Shown in pieces: positions 1-10,343 of a DNA stretch of 32,797 nt. The stretch is from Octopus bimaculoides. Its lineage: Eukaryota. Each line of letters opens with the position of its first letter. Within the stretch, counting starts at the first letter, position 1. Position numbers and translations under genes: made by a program. The DNA lies in assembly GCF_001194135.2 (NCBI RefSeq), contig NC_068990.1:77683075-77715871 (forward strand), given 5' to 3'. The notes under the pieces are model-generated. The model did no database searches, was not told the DNA's origin, and worked only from the letters and a program-made list of their open reading frames with translations.

Positions 1-704
1 GATATTTATAAATTATAAGCATAATTATAATTAGGGTTCAGCAAATTGCTTCACCATATACCGAAATTTAGAAATAGCAGTTAAATACTATTCCACTACC
101 ATAAGATATCTCCCAGACAACAATACTCTCAATTCACGTCGGTAAAGAGAAAAAATAACAAATCCACCCGGCTTTGATCAACTCCATACGCGTTTCTGGA
201 TTAAAGAGATGTAAAATTTTTATTATTACTCACTTATATCTGTCTTCAGTGTAGTATTTCAATTGTAAATTTGAGAGTACTAATAATTAAAATACGTCTT
301 CGACTAAGTGACATCGAATAGCTAATATCCCAAAAACCAGCACTTCCGAATTCATACAGACGAGTGAGAACTCGCATTCTTCCCAATCACCTACGTGTGT
401 TACGAGTAATCCCGCAGAAACTGCAGTCTACTATCAGGGAGTGAATTATATTTTCCATAATAATAATAATTTTACCCTTTATTATTTTTGTAAATATGAT
501 ATTTATATATATGGAATTATATATATGATATTTATATAATATAAATATATATATATATGTTTTTTCTTCACTAGTTTATTACTTTTCTTATTTTGTTATT
601 TTAATTCATGTTCATTGTCCGGAAAACTTTCGTCACACAGCCGTGACCTCTTACAGATACACTTACTCCGGAATAAGTGGAGCAAGAACACACGAAAATG
701 AAAA

Positions 705-750
705 GTGTCGCTGAAGAGGTCACAGATGTGTGACGAAAGATTTCTGAGAT
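705..750 (+). ncRNA. Type I minimal hammerhead-ribozyme-like motif
   Basis: CTGAAGA 711-717, extra G718, 6-bp stem II GTCACA/TGTGAC (719-724/729-734), GAAA 735-738, short stem III, UC site 743-744, imperfect stem I (gtgtcg/tgagat). Confidence 0.55.
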
Positions 751-849
751 CGTGTGCCGGAACGAAATCAATTGCAGCGGAGAAGGTGTTTATAAGCCAT
801 TTAAGAAACACACGGAAACCGTTAGATTCACTTCAACATTTAAATTTAA

Positions 850-900
850 TTTGCCAAAATATTTTCGTCGCTTTGAGACCGCGACCTGTTCACTGACAAA
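850..900 (-). ncRNA. Degenerate hammerhead-like motif (core mutated)
   Basis: Minus strand: TTTGTCA-GTGAACA-G-GTCGC-loop-GCGAC-GAAA-ATAT-TT-TGGCAAA. 7-bp stem I, 5-bp stem II, palindromic AATATT stem III; the core differs from CUGANGA at positions 3 and 8. Confidence 0.5.
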
Positions 901-2488
901 ATTCCGTGCTGCATCNNNNNNNNNNNNNNNNNNNNNNNNNNNNNNNNNNNNNNNNNNNNNNNNNNNNNNNNNNNNNNNNNNNNNNNNNNNNNNNNNNNNN
1001 NNNNNNNNNNNNNNNNNNNNNNNNNNNNNNNNNNNNNNNNNNNNNNNNNNNNNNNNNNNNNNNNNNNNNNNNNNNNNNNNNNNNNNNNNNNNNNNNNNNN
1101 NNNNNNNNNNNNNNNNNNNNNNNNNNNNNNNNNNNNNNNNNNNNNNNNNNNNNNNNNNNNNNNNNNNNNNNNNNNNNNNNNNNNNNNNNNNNNNNNNNNN
1201 NNNNNNNNNNNNNNNNNNNNNNNNNNNNNNNNNNNNNNNNNNNNNNNNNNNNNNNNNNNNNNNNNNNNNNNNNNNNNNNNNNNNNNNNNNNNNNNNNNNN
1301 NNNNNNNNNNNNNNNNNNNNNNNNNNNNNNNNNNNNNNNNNNNNNNNNNNNNNNNNNNNNNNNNNNNNNNNNNNNNNNNNNNNNNNNNNNNNNNNNNNNN
1401 NNNNNNNNNNNNNNNNNNNNNNNNNNNNNNNNNNNNNNNNNNNNNNNNNNNNNNNNNNNNNNNNNTATATATATATATATAAAATTTAACGAAAGCTCAA
1501 CAAACTGAAAATTTTACCAAAACTTAACAAACAGAAAATTCGTAGCTAATTCCGCATGTCGACGTTCAAAAATTCACAATTTCGTGCCTTTAACGTTGAT
1601 TTTATTCACTTTTGGTGGCGCCAGTGGCTAAAAGCCACTAAGAATAGCTACCGAACGTACAGGACAATGACGAAAACAAACAAGACAACATAAGATATAC
1701 ATATAGAACAAAAAGCGATGCGATATATATATATACATACATATATTAATATACATACATATATACATACATATATTAATCACTCGTAACTATTAGGAGT
1801 GTGCAACATGCTCGTTCAGTCTTTGAACGTGTGACTTCCAAAAAAACAAAATGCTGGTGACCCTTGTTACATGCCCTTGGTCAGTGTAGATCACGTGATT
1901 ACCTTTAGTACCTTCTGTTGACATTCGTGGAATTTAAGGACGTTTGAGATATTAGGCTCAAACGTTCAATTTTTTCTTAGCAAAGGATCAACCTTTTTCG
2001 TGAAATTGTTGTTTTTTTTTTATTTTGCAATCAAATAAAAAATTTTCAACGTGTGGGTGGGAAGATATTACACTCTCATACATAAATGAGAATGAAATAT
2101 TACCATGTTGTTATAGAAAAACATAAACTGCACTTATTGGAGTGAAAGGACAGAATATTTTTACAAGTACAAAGCAGAATGTTTTCTAAAAACTTTCAAA
2201 TGAATAAAGAATTTTCTAAGAAATTGATATCGCAAAAATGTTTTTTAAGGTATTTTATCAAATGTCTTTTTTTTATAGAAATTCCTTTCAACTCACAAGT
2301 ATCTTCCATCAGAGTGACCTTCCTTTTACTGTTGAAATGAGCTGCCATATAAATTACTTCTCTCTCGTGTTAACTAGAACTAACAAAGGGTACTGAATTT
2401 CACTACCTGACCCATAATAATCAATCCAAATCTAAAACCGGTAACAGATTTCTCTGTCATCTAGCTTTTCAGCTTTCAAAGTAACACG

Positions 2489-2545
2489 TCATACATACAT
2501 ACATACATACATACATACATACATACATACATACATACATACATA
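2489..2545. repeat. (CATA)n microsatellite
   Basis: Direct tetranucleotide tandem repeat. Confidence 0.95.
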
Positions 2546-2613
2546 CACACAGAAACATATATGCATATATACAAAACATACACACATACACACACATATG
2601 TGTGTCTGCATAT

Positions 2614-3008
2614 CTCTTTTACTCTTTTACTTGTTTCTGTCATTTGACTGTGGCCATGCTGGAGCACCACCTTTAGTTGAGCAAATCGACCCCAGGACTT
2701 ATTCTTTGTAAGCCTAGTACTTATTCTATCGGTCTCTTTTGCCGAACCGCTAGGTTACGGGGACTTAAACACACCAGTATCGGTTATCAAGTGATGTTGT
2801 GGGGACAAGCACAGACACACAACATATACACACATATAGATATACATATATACGACGGGCTTCTTTCAGTTTCCGTCTACCAAATCCACTCACAAGGCTT
2901 TGATCGGCCCGAGGTTATAGTAGAAGACACTTGCCCAAGGTGCCACGCAGTGGGACTGAACCCAGAACCATGCGGTTGGTAAGCAAGCTACTTACCACAC
3001 AGCCACTC
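2614..3008 (-). mobile_element. Near full-length tRNA-derived CORE-like SINE (family B)
   Basis: Minus strand: A box TGGCTGTGTGG, B-box-like GGTTCAGTCCC, CORE-like CCTTGGGCAAGTGTCTT, internal (TA/TG) microsatellite, tail GGTGCTCCAGCATGGCCACAGTCAAATGACAGAAAC followed by (GTAAAAGA) repeats; several copies in the window. Confidence 0.88.
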
Positions 3009-3882
3009 ACATACACAAACACACACATATGCACATATTTTGTTAGGGAAATGCATCAACTATATGAATTTAGCTGCAGATGTACGTATTGATGAGTAGT
3101 TGCATTCATATTTGTATATTCGTATATTTATAAATAACTATGCCAGAAACATATAATTATCCAATGATTAATTCATAATAACATATTTTATATCAAGTTT
3201 ATCTTTTAAAAAAAGTCAGTTTAAAATTTTCCAAAAGAAAACCTTTAACATGAACACCAACTCTAAGCTCTCCCTGACCTACGCTCTGTGAATAATTGAA
3301 CCGGTGTTATCTATAGACATTCTTTTCTGTTCCTAATATAGTGCAACAACAAGTCATAAGAAAAATGTCAACAAACATGAATTGTAACTTGAACATGTCA
3401 TTTTTGCTATATAAAACCCTATGACAGTATGCTTATTTACATAAAAGCTTGACTGAAGAGATTCTAAAGTAAACTTGCTTTATTAAAGAAAGAAATTCAC
3501 TCCAACATACCTCTCTCTACTTATAAACCACAAACATATACTTTTGTCCTGTTTTTTTCCATCCCAACATTAATACACGACCACTTCTATCTTCCTATGT
3601 CATATATAATTTTCATTTACATTACTACACCTAGCAAAAGACACCCTACCAAAAGCTATATATTAAGGCAGAGAAAACGAAGCAAATTAGTCTAATGAGA
3701 GTTTGTAAACTGATACTATGAAGTCACTTTCAACCATTTTCTTCAAAAAATTCCTACACACACACACACACACATACTCTCACACACACACACGCACACA
3801 CACACACACACACACTCACATACGCACACGCACACACATATATACAAACATACTAAAGTCACACATATATATGATATATATA

Positions 3883-5470
3883 TTTTTTGTAGTTTCAGCT
3901 CAGAGCTGCGGCCATGCTGGGGCACCGTCATTTTGCTACACTGTTATTATTGAGAGCCTCCTCTAATATGTGACATTTGGTGAATAAGGAAGTTTGATGT
4001 CACTACCCTCATTTGCACCTCTTCCCGCGAGGTGGGTTCATCTGGAACTCTCGACACGAAGAGGTCCAGGTTCGATTTGAAAACACCTACATCCACTTTG
4101 TGTAGGTCTCACAAGCTCTTTGGGAGAATATTAAAAAGCTGTGGGGCCCTGTAACTCAGGTTGTTGCAGTAACTGGTCCTGAAACGTGATGGCATTGATG
4201 GGATCTTTGGAACTGTGTCGACCCGTTCTGGCATTTGTGTAGCTCTCAATGCCAAAGTTTGGCACAATTCCTTCCAGGATCTTCCAGATGAATATTACTG
4301 CATACCTCTCCCGCTTTCGCTCCAGAGAGTAGAGTCTTAGCTGTTTCAACCTTTCCCAGTATCTGAGCTGTTGCAACGAGGCTATCTTCTTTGTGAAGCT
4401 TCGCTGGACTGCTTCAAGATCCGCCATTAATTTTACACTGTTGGGTGAGCATAGCTGGGAGCAGTAATCCAGGCGGCTGAGGACGAATGTCCTCCAGAGG
4501 ACCATCATGGTTTCCTTCTCTCTGGTTCTGAGCGTTCTCAGAATCCAGCCAGCCAGTCGTCTGTACTTTGTGGCCATCCTGGTAATGTGCACTTGGAAAG
4601 ACGTATCATCACTCATGTCGATAACCAGATCCCTCACTGATTTAGGCCCTGGGATTGTAATCCCCTGTGGCACAATGTACCCTGTAAGTTTTATATTCAG
4701 TTTTGGATGCTGTAGCGCAGGGCTTGGAAGTTTTCAGCATTAAACTGCATATTATTGTCCTCAGCCCATCTGCAAACTGAGTCCAACTCCTGCTGCAGAT
4801 GTGCAGCATCGCTGGGGTTCTGTATTTTCTGCGAGACTTTCGTATCGTCTGCTTAGCTAGCAAGGGTGGGTATCCGGGCAGCTGAAGAATTATCTGAGAA
4901 GGCCACTATGAAAAGCAGTAGTCCCAAAACAGTGCCCTATGGAACACCGCTCACTACTTTTGTTTTCTTTCAGGCGGCTCCATTGGTCACTACTGCCTGA
5001 CTTCTATCTTTCAGAAAGTCATGTAACCACTCTCCAAGTTTCCCAGCTATGCCAAGATCACGTAGTTTGTGGCATATCATACCATGATCCACTTTATCAA
5101 AAGCTTTTGCAAAGTCAAGGTATATTTTGTCTACATTTGAGTTGTTGAGTAACTGCCTCAACACCCAGTCATAGTGATATAAGTGCTGGGTCAGGCAGCT
5201 CCTATCTGATCGAAAGCCATGCTGGATATCACTCAGCAAGTTGTTTTCTTTTAGAAATACGATTAGTTTCCTTCTGACTATTCGTTCCATGACTTTGTGA
5301 AGTCAGAGTAATAAGCCTATAGTTTTTGGCATCTGCTCTGCTTCCTCCTTTATGGATTGGACATGTTATTCCCTCTTTCAGTTTGCTTCGCAGCCAACCG
5401 TTTGCAAGAAAACTCTGGAAGAGAATCTATAGAGGTTTCGCCAGGGCACGCTTACACGATTTGAGGAAGA
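3883..5470 (-). mobile_element. Non-LTR retrotransposon, CR1-group (CR1/L2/Crack-like) LINE; 3' part with intact 3' UTR, 5' side lost in gap
   Basis: RT motifs across frames: PIHKGG..KNYR.I.LTS, QHGFRSDRSCLT, YLDFAKAFDKVDH, SGVP*GTVLG, LAS*ADDT, SRLDYCSQL, LEAVQRSFTK, LYSLERKRER, PQLFNILP. ORF2 stop at 3947-3949 and a ~64-nt 3' UTR. Confidence 0.93.
3947..5470 (-). pseudogene. Reverse transcriptase (LINE ORF2) pseudogene
   Basis: Frameshifts plus in-frame stops, including the Q of GVPQG and the Y of YADD (stop at 4853-4855). Confidence 0.92.
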
Positions 5471-5480
5471 NNNNNNNNNN

Positions 5481-5547
<67 letters not shown>

Positions 5548-5959
5548 ATATAAATGTATTTATATATATATACATACATACATATATATACTTATAAATG
5601 TGTGTGTGTATTTATATATCCATATATACATACATATACATGCAATAAATTAAAATTAATTATGTTAGAAACTAAAGTGACAGAGAACACTATAATTTAT
5701 AGACTTAGTCACTCCCACCACCTTTCTGTGAATTTCTCCAAACAGCTGTATTTTATAACTAAATAAATTCAAATTTATTCTTGTTCCATATAAAGGTTGA
5801 CAAAATCACGACCAAAATATTCTGCCATTCTTCTGTAATCATTCAATATATAACTAAATTTATAAATATTCATTCACAGCGATATTTACATTTTGGATCC
5901 TTTAATTAATAGCAGCCGACTATTTTAATATAGTAGCCATTCAAATCTGTATGTGAATA

Positions 5960-6041
5960 GGTGCAGGTGTGGCTGTGTGGAGAGAGGCTTGCTTCCCAAC
6001 CATATGGTTCCGGGTTCAGTACGACTGCGTGACACCTTGGG
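5960..6041 (+). mobile_element. Family B SINE head fragment
   Basis: GGTGCAGGTGTGGCTGTGTGG...GGTTCCGGGTTCAGT...CACCTTGGG matches the head of the 2614-3008 copy. Confidence 0.8.
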
Positions 6042-6553
6042 TACAACAATACACAAAATTACAAAACATTATATATATGTATATATATATGTGTGTGTAT
6101 ATANNNNNNNNNNNNNNNNNNNNNNNNNNNNNNNNNNNNNNNNNNNNNNNNNNNNNNNNNNNNNNNNNNNNNNNNNNNNNNNNNNNNNNNNNNNNNNNNN
6201 NNNNNNNNNNNNNNNNNNNNNNNNNNNNNNNNNNNNNNNNNNNNNNNNNNNNNNNNNNNNNNNNNNNNNNNNNNNNNNNNNNNNNNNNNNNNNNNNNNNN
6301 NNNNNNNNNNNNNNNNNNNNNNNNNNNNNNNNNNNNNNNNNNNNNNNNNNNNNNNNNNNNNNNNNNNNNNNNNNNNNNNNNNNNNNNNNNNNNNNNNNNN
6401 NNNNNNNNNNNNNNNNNNNNNNNNNNNNNNNNNNNNNNNNNNNNNNNNNNNNNNNNNNNNNNNNNNNNNNNNNNNNNNNNNNNNNNNNNNNNNNNNNNNN
6501 NNNNNNNNNNNNNNNNNNNNNNNNNNNNNNNNNNNNNNNNNNNNNNNNNNNNN

Positions 6554-6600
<47 letters not shown>

Positions 6601-6620
6601 GCATATATATGTGTGTGTTA

Positions 6621-6760
6621 GTGTCTTTGTGTCTGTGTTTGGCCCCCACCATCACTTGACAACCGGTGTTGGTGCGTATACGACCCCGTAACTTAGCCGT
6701 TCGGCAACAAAGAGCGATAGAATATGTACCAGGATTATGACTGAAACAAGTAAAAGATAA
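6621..6760 (+). mobile_element. Family B SINE 3' half (internally deleted)
   Basis: CATCACTTGACAACCGGTGTTGGTG...GTAACTTAGCCGTTCGGCAA...GATAGAATA...TGACTGAAACAAGTAAAAGATAA. Confidence 0.8.
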
Positions 6761-7714
6761 ATTATAAAAATGCATACTCGCACCAATTTTGTCGCGCCCA
6801 TGTACGAACCGAGAATAAGCAGTGGAATTTAGAGAAGCAACCTCTTTTCTATTCATTGAAGGATATACAAAACACCATCAAAGGAAGTTTGCAACACATG
6901 CCTCATCGCAAAAATGCCCTCTTCTCTAATGAGAAACATACAAAGTTTGAATCCAAATTTATCACCATGAAAAGGAAGTGAAATTTTGATATAAGTTTAA
7001 TTCCTTCCAAAGCATATTGAACAGTTCCATGAAATCCTTCAAACACTTCCCTAATGGCCACGTAATTCCATACAAATGAAAGGAGAACCAAGAAGTAAAC
7101 ACCAATTTACACTCCAGCCTCCTGGCAAATAGCATTATATGATAAAGCTTACAAAATAACAACCACTTAAATCTGTAAGAATATATAAACAAAGGAACAA
7201 GCATCCCAAATAGAATTAGCAGAAAGTGTCTATCTCCTGTTAACGAAATGAATAATATAATGCAATATGTGCGCGTTTCTGCGTTTGCCCATCATTTATC
7301 ACACAACATGCACGCACGCACGCACGCACAAACACGCACGCACGCACGCACAAACACACAGATTGATAAACATGTATGTGTAGCGTTATATCATTGTGTA
7401 ACTGATATAATAGAAGCAAGAAAAAGGTTTTAGGTAGATAAGGAAACAAGAGTTGTGAAGAAGATGGCGACAAGTGAGAGAATGATGAAAAAATCTTAAA
7501 GAATTAGCAAGAGAACGGCGAGAATGTAATCTAAGAATTGTATATCTGTATGTGTGCGTGTATGTGTGCGTGTGTGTACGTGTGTGTGTGTGTGTGTGTA
7601 TGTGTGTGTGTTTATGCTTACCGTTTTAAATAGATATCAACTTGGGTCCCATTATGTTTTTCAATACATAACTTAGCTATTAGCTAAAAATGGATCGTTA
7701 AAATAACGACTGCG

Positions 7715-7815
7715 TTAAAATAAGTATTGCGGTCAGTATGAATGACTAACTTCGTTGAAGATGGTGCTCCAGCATGGCCCCAGCCGTTTGACTGAAAGGA
7801 ACAGAACAGAAAAAA
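7715..7815 (+). mobile_element. Degenerate SINE 3' tail
   Basis: GATGGTGCTCCAGCATGGCCCCAGCCGTTTGACTGAAA plus A-rich tail. Confidence 0.65.
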
Positions 7816-7939
7816 AATAGTATATACATATACGGGTGTCTGCATGTGTGTGTGTGTGTGAGTGCATAAATTTTTGCATGTATGTGTGCATGAAAGTGTG
7901 CATTCTTGTGTTCTCAAGAGAGAATATATGTATATATAC

Positions 7940-7996
<57 letters not shown>

Positions 7997-8574
7997 GAGT
8001 AGATGTGTGTCGGAACATGCATATGTGTGTGTAAGTATGTATGGTTGAGCGTGAGAAAATTAAGATAAAGGTGATAAGTTCATTGAATATGCTGTGAAAG
8101 AGAATGTTGTGAATGTAGTGAAGTTAAAGAAAGACAATGATTGAAGAGGAAATACACTTTAAAAAAGATGTTTAAGAAAAACAACTGAACAAAGTGAGAA
8201 AAAAAAAAGTCAAAGAAAATGGCGGAACAATATGGCTGCTATGTGCGAGCGTGTTTATTCTAACGTTAATAAAAACAAGATGGTGGAAGAGATATCAGAC
8301 TCTTCGATAATGGACGCTGGATGAATAGCTTAAACACAAGCTGTGTTTGTATTGTTTATATGCCAGTATGCCTATGTATGTATGTATGTATGTATGTATG
8401 TATGTTTACGCATACATACATGCATATGTGTCTGTCTGTGCATTTCTGTGTAAGTATATACATATATGAATATAGAAGAAAATGTATGTTTCATATATAT
8501 ATATATATATATATGAAACAGAAAATCTGTAATCAATAGGCACTAATCTAGACATCTGTTAATTGAATGTGTAC

Positions 8575-8628
<54 letters not shown>

Positions 8629-9904
8629 NNNNNNNNNNNNNNNNNNNNNNNNNNNNNNNNNNNNNNNNNNNNNNNNNNNNNNNNNNNNNNNNNNNNNNNN
8701 NNNNNNNNNNNNNNNNNNNNNNNNNNNNNNNNNNNNNNNNNNNNNNNNNNNNNNNNNNNNNNNNNNNNNNNNNNNNNNNNNNNNNNNNNNNNNNNNNNNN
8801 NNNNNNNNNNNNNNNNNNNNNNNNNNNNNNNNNNNNNNNNNNNNNNNNNNNNNNNNNNNNNNNNNNNNNNNNNNNNNNNNNNNNNNNNNNNNNNNNNNNN
8901 NNNNNNNNNNNNNNNNNNNNNNNNNNNNNNNNNNNNNNNNNNNNNNNNNNNNNNNNNNNNNNNNNNNNNNNNNNNNNNNNNNNNNNNNNNNNNNNNNNNN
9001 NNNNNNNNNNNNNNNNNNNNNNNNNNNNNTATATAATGTGATAATGTGTACGTACATATAAATATCTGTGCATGCATACACAAACACATATTTCTGTATA
9101 TGTGTATATGAAAAATATACATACATATATGTGAGCGTGTATGAACGCACGCGTGTATTCTATGGGTTTGTAAGCACATATGCGTGTGTGTATGAGTATG
9201 TATGTGTAAAAGTATTCCTACTGTGTTTGTGCAAGTGCGTGTGTGTGAATATATGTGTCAGTGTGTCAGTCTTAGTGTCATTGCAAGGTGAGTACTTGCG
9301 AAGCAGAGAATGTATTAACATCGGGAAATATTTTTTCTCTAGAAATTTATGAAAATCACACAACGTAATATACATCGTAGAAAATGATTAGAATTTTGGG
9401 ACAAGTTCTGAATAAGTGAAACCTTCTGATATGAACGGACCGTCACAGAAGTTTATTTTGTGATCACAAAGATCGCATGGTTTCTATGTTCGATCTTTCT
9501 GTGCAGCATTTTGGCAACTACCTTCTACTATAATCTGAGACCGTGATCTCAAGAACAATTGTTTCTTGTTTTTTGAAACACTAAATATCGGTGCTGCATG
9601 ATGAAACAATTATCTATTACGAGAAGTGATTATTTTGCTGATCGTACAGCCGCGATGTCTGGGGCTAATGGCCACCAGCCAGGACTGTTTGCCTCTCGTT
9701 TCCTTTTTAATAATTTTATCAGGAGGGATGGACTATGTAGTAACCCTTTACAGGGCTATGAAACTAATGAGAGACGGGAAGAGGATATCTTGAAACTGGA
9801 GACTTGAACCGAATGTTTGCGATTGAGTGGACTCAGCTAGAGGCATCGAAGGTGCCAAGTTGTGTTGCTTTTGAATTGGAAACCAAATTAAGTCTATCAC
9901 CCAT

Positions 9905-10116
9905 GTAGGCTATGCTGGAATATGAACTCAGGAGGCAACAAAGTCGGAACAAATACTACAAGACATTGGGTCCAACGTCCTCACATTTGATAGAACTTTA
10001 ATGAAAGAATAGCAAAGCTAACTTCTGTAGGATTTGAATTCAATGTGCAGAGAGTGAAAACAAATTCTGTAAGGCGTTCTATCTGACGCTCTAACGGTTC
10101 AGCTAATTCTCTGCCT
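9905..10116 (-). mobile_element. Two old SINE head fragments related to family A
   Basis: Reverse-complement matches to the GGCAGAAT..GTTAGAGCGTCAGA and TGAGTTCA/TGAATTCAAATCC segments; highly diverged. Confidence 0.5.
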
Positions 10117-10224
10117 GTGATGGATAATCAAGTTTTTCTCTACTTAAAGTGGTTGTCATGAAACGTGGTATAGTGGAAAGCGTTTGAAAGGGTTCTGAAC
10201 AAGATTTTGCCTCTCTGTCTAAAT

Positions 10225-10330
10225 CAGTGGTTTTCATCCATTTTCTTACCTATGAACCACTTTGATTAGTATTTTGCTTGGGTGGACCCCACCCCATAGC
10301 AATTCAATGTTTAAAAAATCTTATAATTTT
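10225..10330. mobile_element. Possible hAT-like MITE end fragment
   Basis: Starts CAGTGGTTTTCATCC, resembling CAGTGGTTCTCAACC hAT/Charlie-type termini; no partner TIR found. Confidence 0.25.
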
Positions 10331-10343
10331 TATTATTAAAATC

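Larger units (their letters stand above)
612..915. mobile_element. Putative Penelope-like element terminal repeat or retrozyme-like fragment with fold-back and three hammerhead-like motifs
   Basis: Inverted arms 622-664 and 703-744; hammerhead-like cores at 705-750 (+), 615-664 (-) and 850-900 (-); truncated by the gap at 916. Element class is inferred from the known Penelope-hammerhead association; no RT or GIY-YIG ORF is visible. Confidence 0.5.

Noticed and set aside
1785-2070. Segment resembling a Tc1/mariner-type non-autonomous remnant
   Set aside because: No TIR pair or TSD could be located; resemblance is from recall only.
6903-7204. Strong minus-strand splice acceptor (TTCTTACAG at 7173-7175) followed by two overlapping 60-80 aa open frames
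   Set aside because: No recognisable domain, no consistent donor, and the frames are mutually exclusive.
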